64,000 nt of DNA from Candidatus Latescibacterota bacterium (GTDB taxonomy: Bacteria > Latescibacterota > UBA2968 > GCA-2709665): contig CBDDDZ010000004.1 in the NCBI GenBank assembly GCA_965226795.1, positions 192,001 to 256,000 of the forward strand. The letters are read 5' to 3'. Shown here piece by piece: positions 62,635-64,000 of this stretch. The notes below the pieces were generated by a model. It did no database searches and was not told where the DNA came from. It saw nothing but the letters and a program-made list of their open reading frames with translations. A program made the position numbers and the translations under genes. Every line of letters begins with the position of its first letter. Within the stretch, counting starts at the first letter, position 1.

Positions 62635-63021
62635 TGGAGTCTCGTAGGTTTTTCGGTCTATACCGCAAATGCCACTAAGAAACTTGAAGCAATAACGTCT
62701 GGGGTATTACTATAGAATTCAAACATTAATGCCTCATTTTGATTCTCTGTCAAGGGATTTAGTACAAGCACCGTTCGGGTGATGTCCCCAACGCATGTGC
62801 GGCCGGAAGGCTGCAGACAGCGTCCGATGCTTGCTGAGATCGACTCGTGGTCCGACAGATTCAGCTGGGATGTCTTCCACAATGATGCGTTAGCTTCACA
62901 GACGTTCGGTGCGGAAGAATCTTAATCACGATGCCTTGGTGCCGTCCGGTGCTGGGGTGATGGGGCTCTCAGGAGACGCTACAAAAAGATCCGGTCGCGG
63001 GTTTCCGTTTTCGGTTCTCGA

Positions 63022-63441
63022 TCAGGTCTCCGAATTCCTTCCGAAGATCTTGTCGATTAATGACCTCCGCGAAAGTCGTTCCACGGCATTTCGAGTGATG
63101 CGGATATCCGACGAAAGCTCGTCCACGACACCGAGCTTTTCATTGATTCGAGCGAGCGCTTCCTCAATTGCCTGGAGCCTTTCGTCGACCTGCAACGGTT
63201 CGGAGCGTTGTAAGAGTTCGACGGTATTCTGGAACACTGAAAGGGCGCTATTTAGCGATTCAATTGCGTTTCTCGCCACAGACGCGAGTTCCGATATATT
63301 GTCGTTGGCTTCCGTCAGCCCTCTTCCTGCGTTCGCGAGTGACTGCTGGAGCTCATCGAATTGCTCGAGCCGCCGGACGACCTCGGCGGCGCGGCATTCG
63401 GTTTCACTGAGCCGTTCCTGCAGATCTTCCAATATGTCCAT
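63022..63441 (-). CDS. hypothetical coiled-coil protein
   Basis: Heptad-rich 139-aa ORF starting immediately after the upstream stop. Confidence 0.65.
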   Translation of the reverse strand: MDILEDLQERLSETECRAAEVVRRLEQFDELQQSLANAGRGLTEANDNISELASVARNAIESLNSALSVFQNTVELLQRSEPLQVDERLQAIEEALARINEKLGVVDELSSDIRITRNAVERLSRRSLIDKIFGRNSET

Positions 63442-63999
63442 TTACGCTCCCATTGCCTTTGCCACGCCGGACGCCTCATACTGCCGTGCGACCCGGTCAG
63501 AAACCATTTCCAACCGATTGAATACATTGCGAACGCTTCGCGTCGCAATCACGGCGCGGACCCGAGGGTCATCGAGTTCAACCGCGCGCTGAAATGCCCT
63601 TGTCTCCACGTATTCGAAACCCGGCGACGTATCAGCAAGGTCGAGCAGCGCGAGTGTGAGGGGCGGACCAAGATCCTGCGCACGGGTTGACGCGAGGTTG
63701 AACATCTCGTCAATCGTCGACTCGATATCTGCCTGCGAGATCTCGTACTTCTCCACACCGATGCGGATTGCCGCACCGATTCCCTGCGAACTGACAATCT
63801 CATCGTGATCCGAACACATGGACTCGGACAACGCGCGCGCCAATAGAAGGCCCGGGTGGTCCGGGTCGGATTCGAGCGCGCGAATGCACAGCCCACGAAG
63901 CTCTCCCGCGTCCATCGCTGACTGCACTTTGGAAACAAGATCCCACCACGCGGCCAACTCGACATTCTCACTCTGTAACAGGCTTTCGATGTGCTCGGC
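63442..63999 (-). CDS. C-terminal part of a large protein running off the window (possibly a helicase-associated helical tail)
   Basis: The frame stays open to the window edge; LESDPDHPGLLLARAL motif. Confidence 0.6.
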   Translation of the reverse strand, partial: AEHIESLLQSENVELAAWWDLVSKVQSAMDAGELRGLCIRALESDPDHPGLLLARALSESMCSDHDEIVSSQGIGAAIRIGVEKYEISQADIESTIDEMFNLASTRAQDLGPPLTLALLDLADTSPGFEYVETRAFQRAVELDDPRVRAVIATRSVRNVFNRLEMVSDRVARQYEASGVAKAMGA

Positions 64000-64000
64000 G

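Noticed and set aside
62658..62882. 74-aa ORF upstream of the Lamassu effector
   Set aside because: No motifs, and it overlaps an AT-rich probable promoter region (TTGACA at 62753-62748).

Overview
GC-rich bacterial chromosomal segment with an anti-phage-type cluster at each end and housekeeping/catabolic genes between. The gene mix (tandem PhyH dioxygenases, heparinase-like proteins, GWxTD proteins, a Calx-beta autotransporter) resembles Latescibacterota/Gemmatimonadota-like or sponge-associated lineages; this is inference only. Left end: a PHP-domain + SMC/ABC-type ATPase (TrlF/Ppl-like) coupled to a Schlafen/AlbA_2-HATPase gene, both frameshifted. Middle: PhyH pair, Gfo/Idh/MocA, AlkA, ROK, ABC exporter, tRNA-Leu(CAA), nfeD-short nfeD-floA-yqfB-like operon, tRNA-Met(CAT), a ceramidase-like/homocysteine methyltransferase/C45 operon, a heparinase II/III cluster, S9 peptidase, D-lactate dehydrogenase-like oxidase, argR-argC-argB-argD-argG-argH with phased variant ARG boxes, a Calx-beta autotransporter, two intact GWxTD/TPR genes and one decayed copy. 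Right end: a Lamassu-like ABC three-component system whose ATPase is cut off by an IS-end-like sequence. Most notable unannotated signals: (1) a shared GAAC-N16-GTGTCT ECF-sigma-like promoter upstream of all three GWxTD loci; (2) a ~500-nt nested-hairpin non-coding element with hairpin-shaped inverted ends; (3) a candidate C-rich sRNA behind tRNA-Leu; (4) a degenerate primase-like ORF coupled to argH. Several single-base frameshifts look like assembly indel errors.
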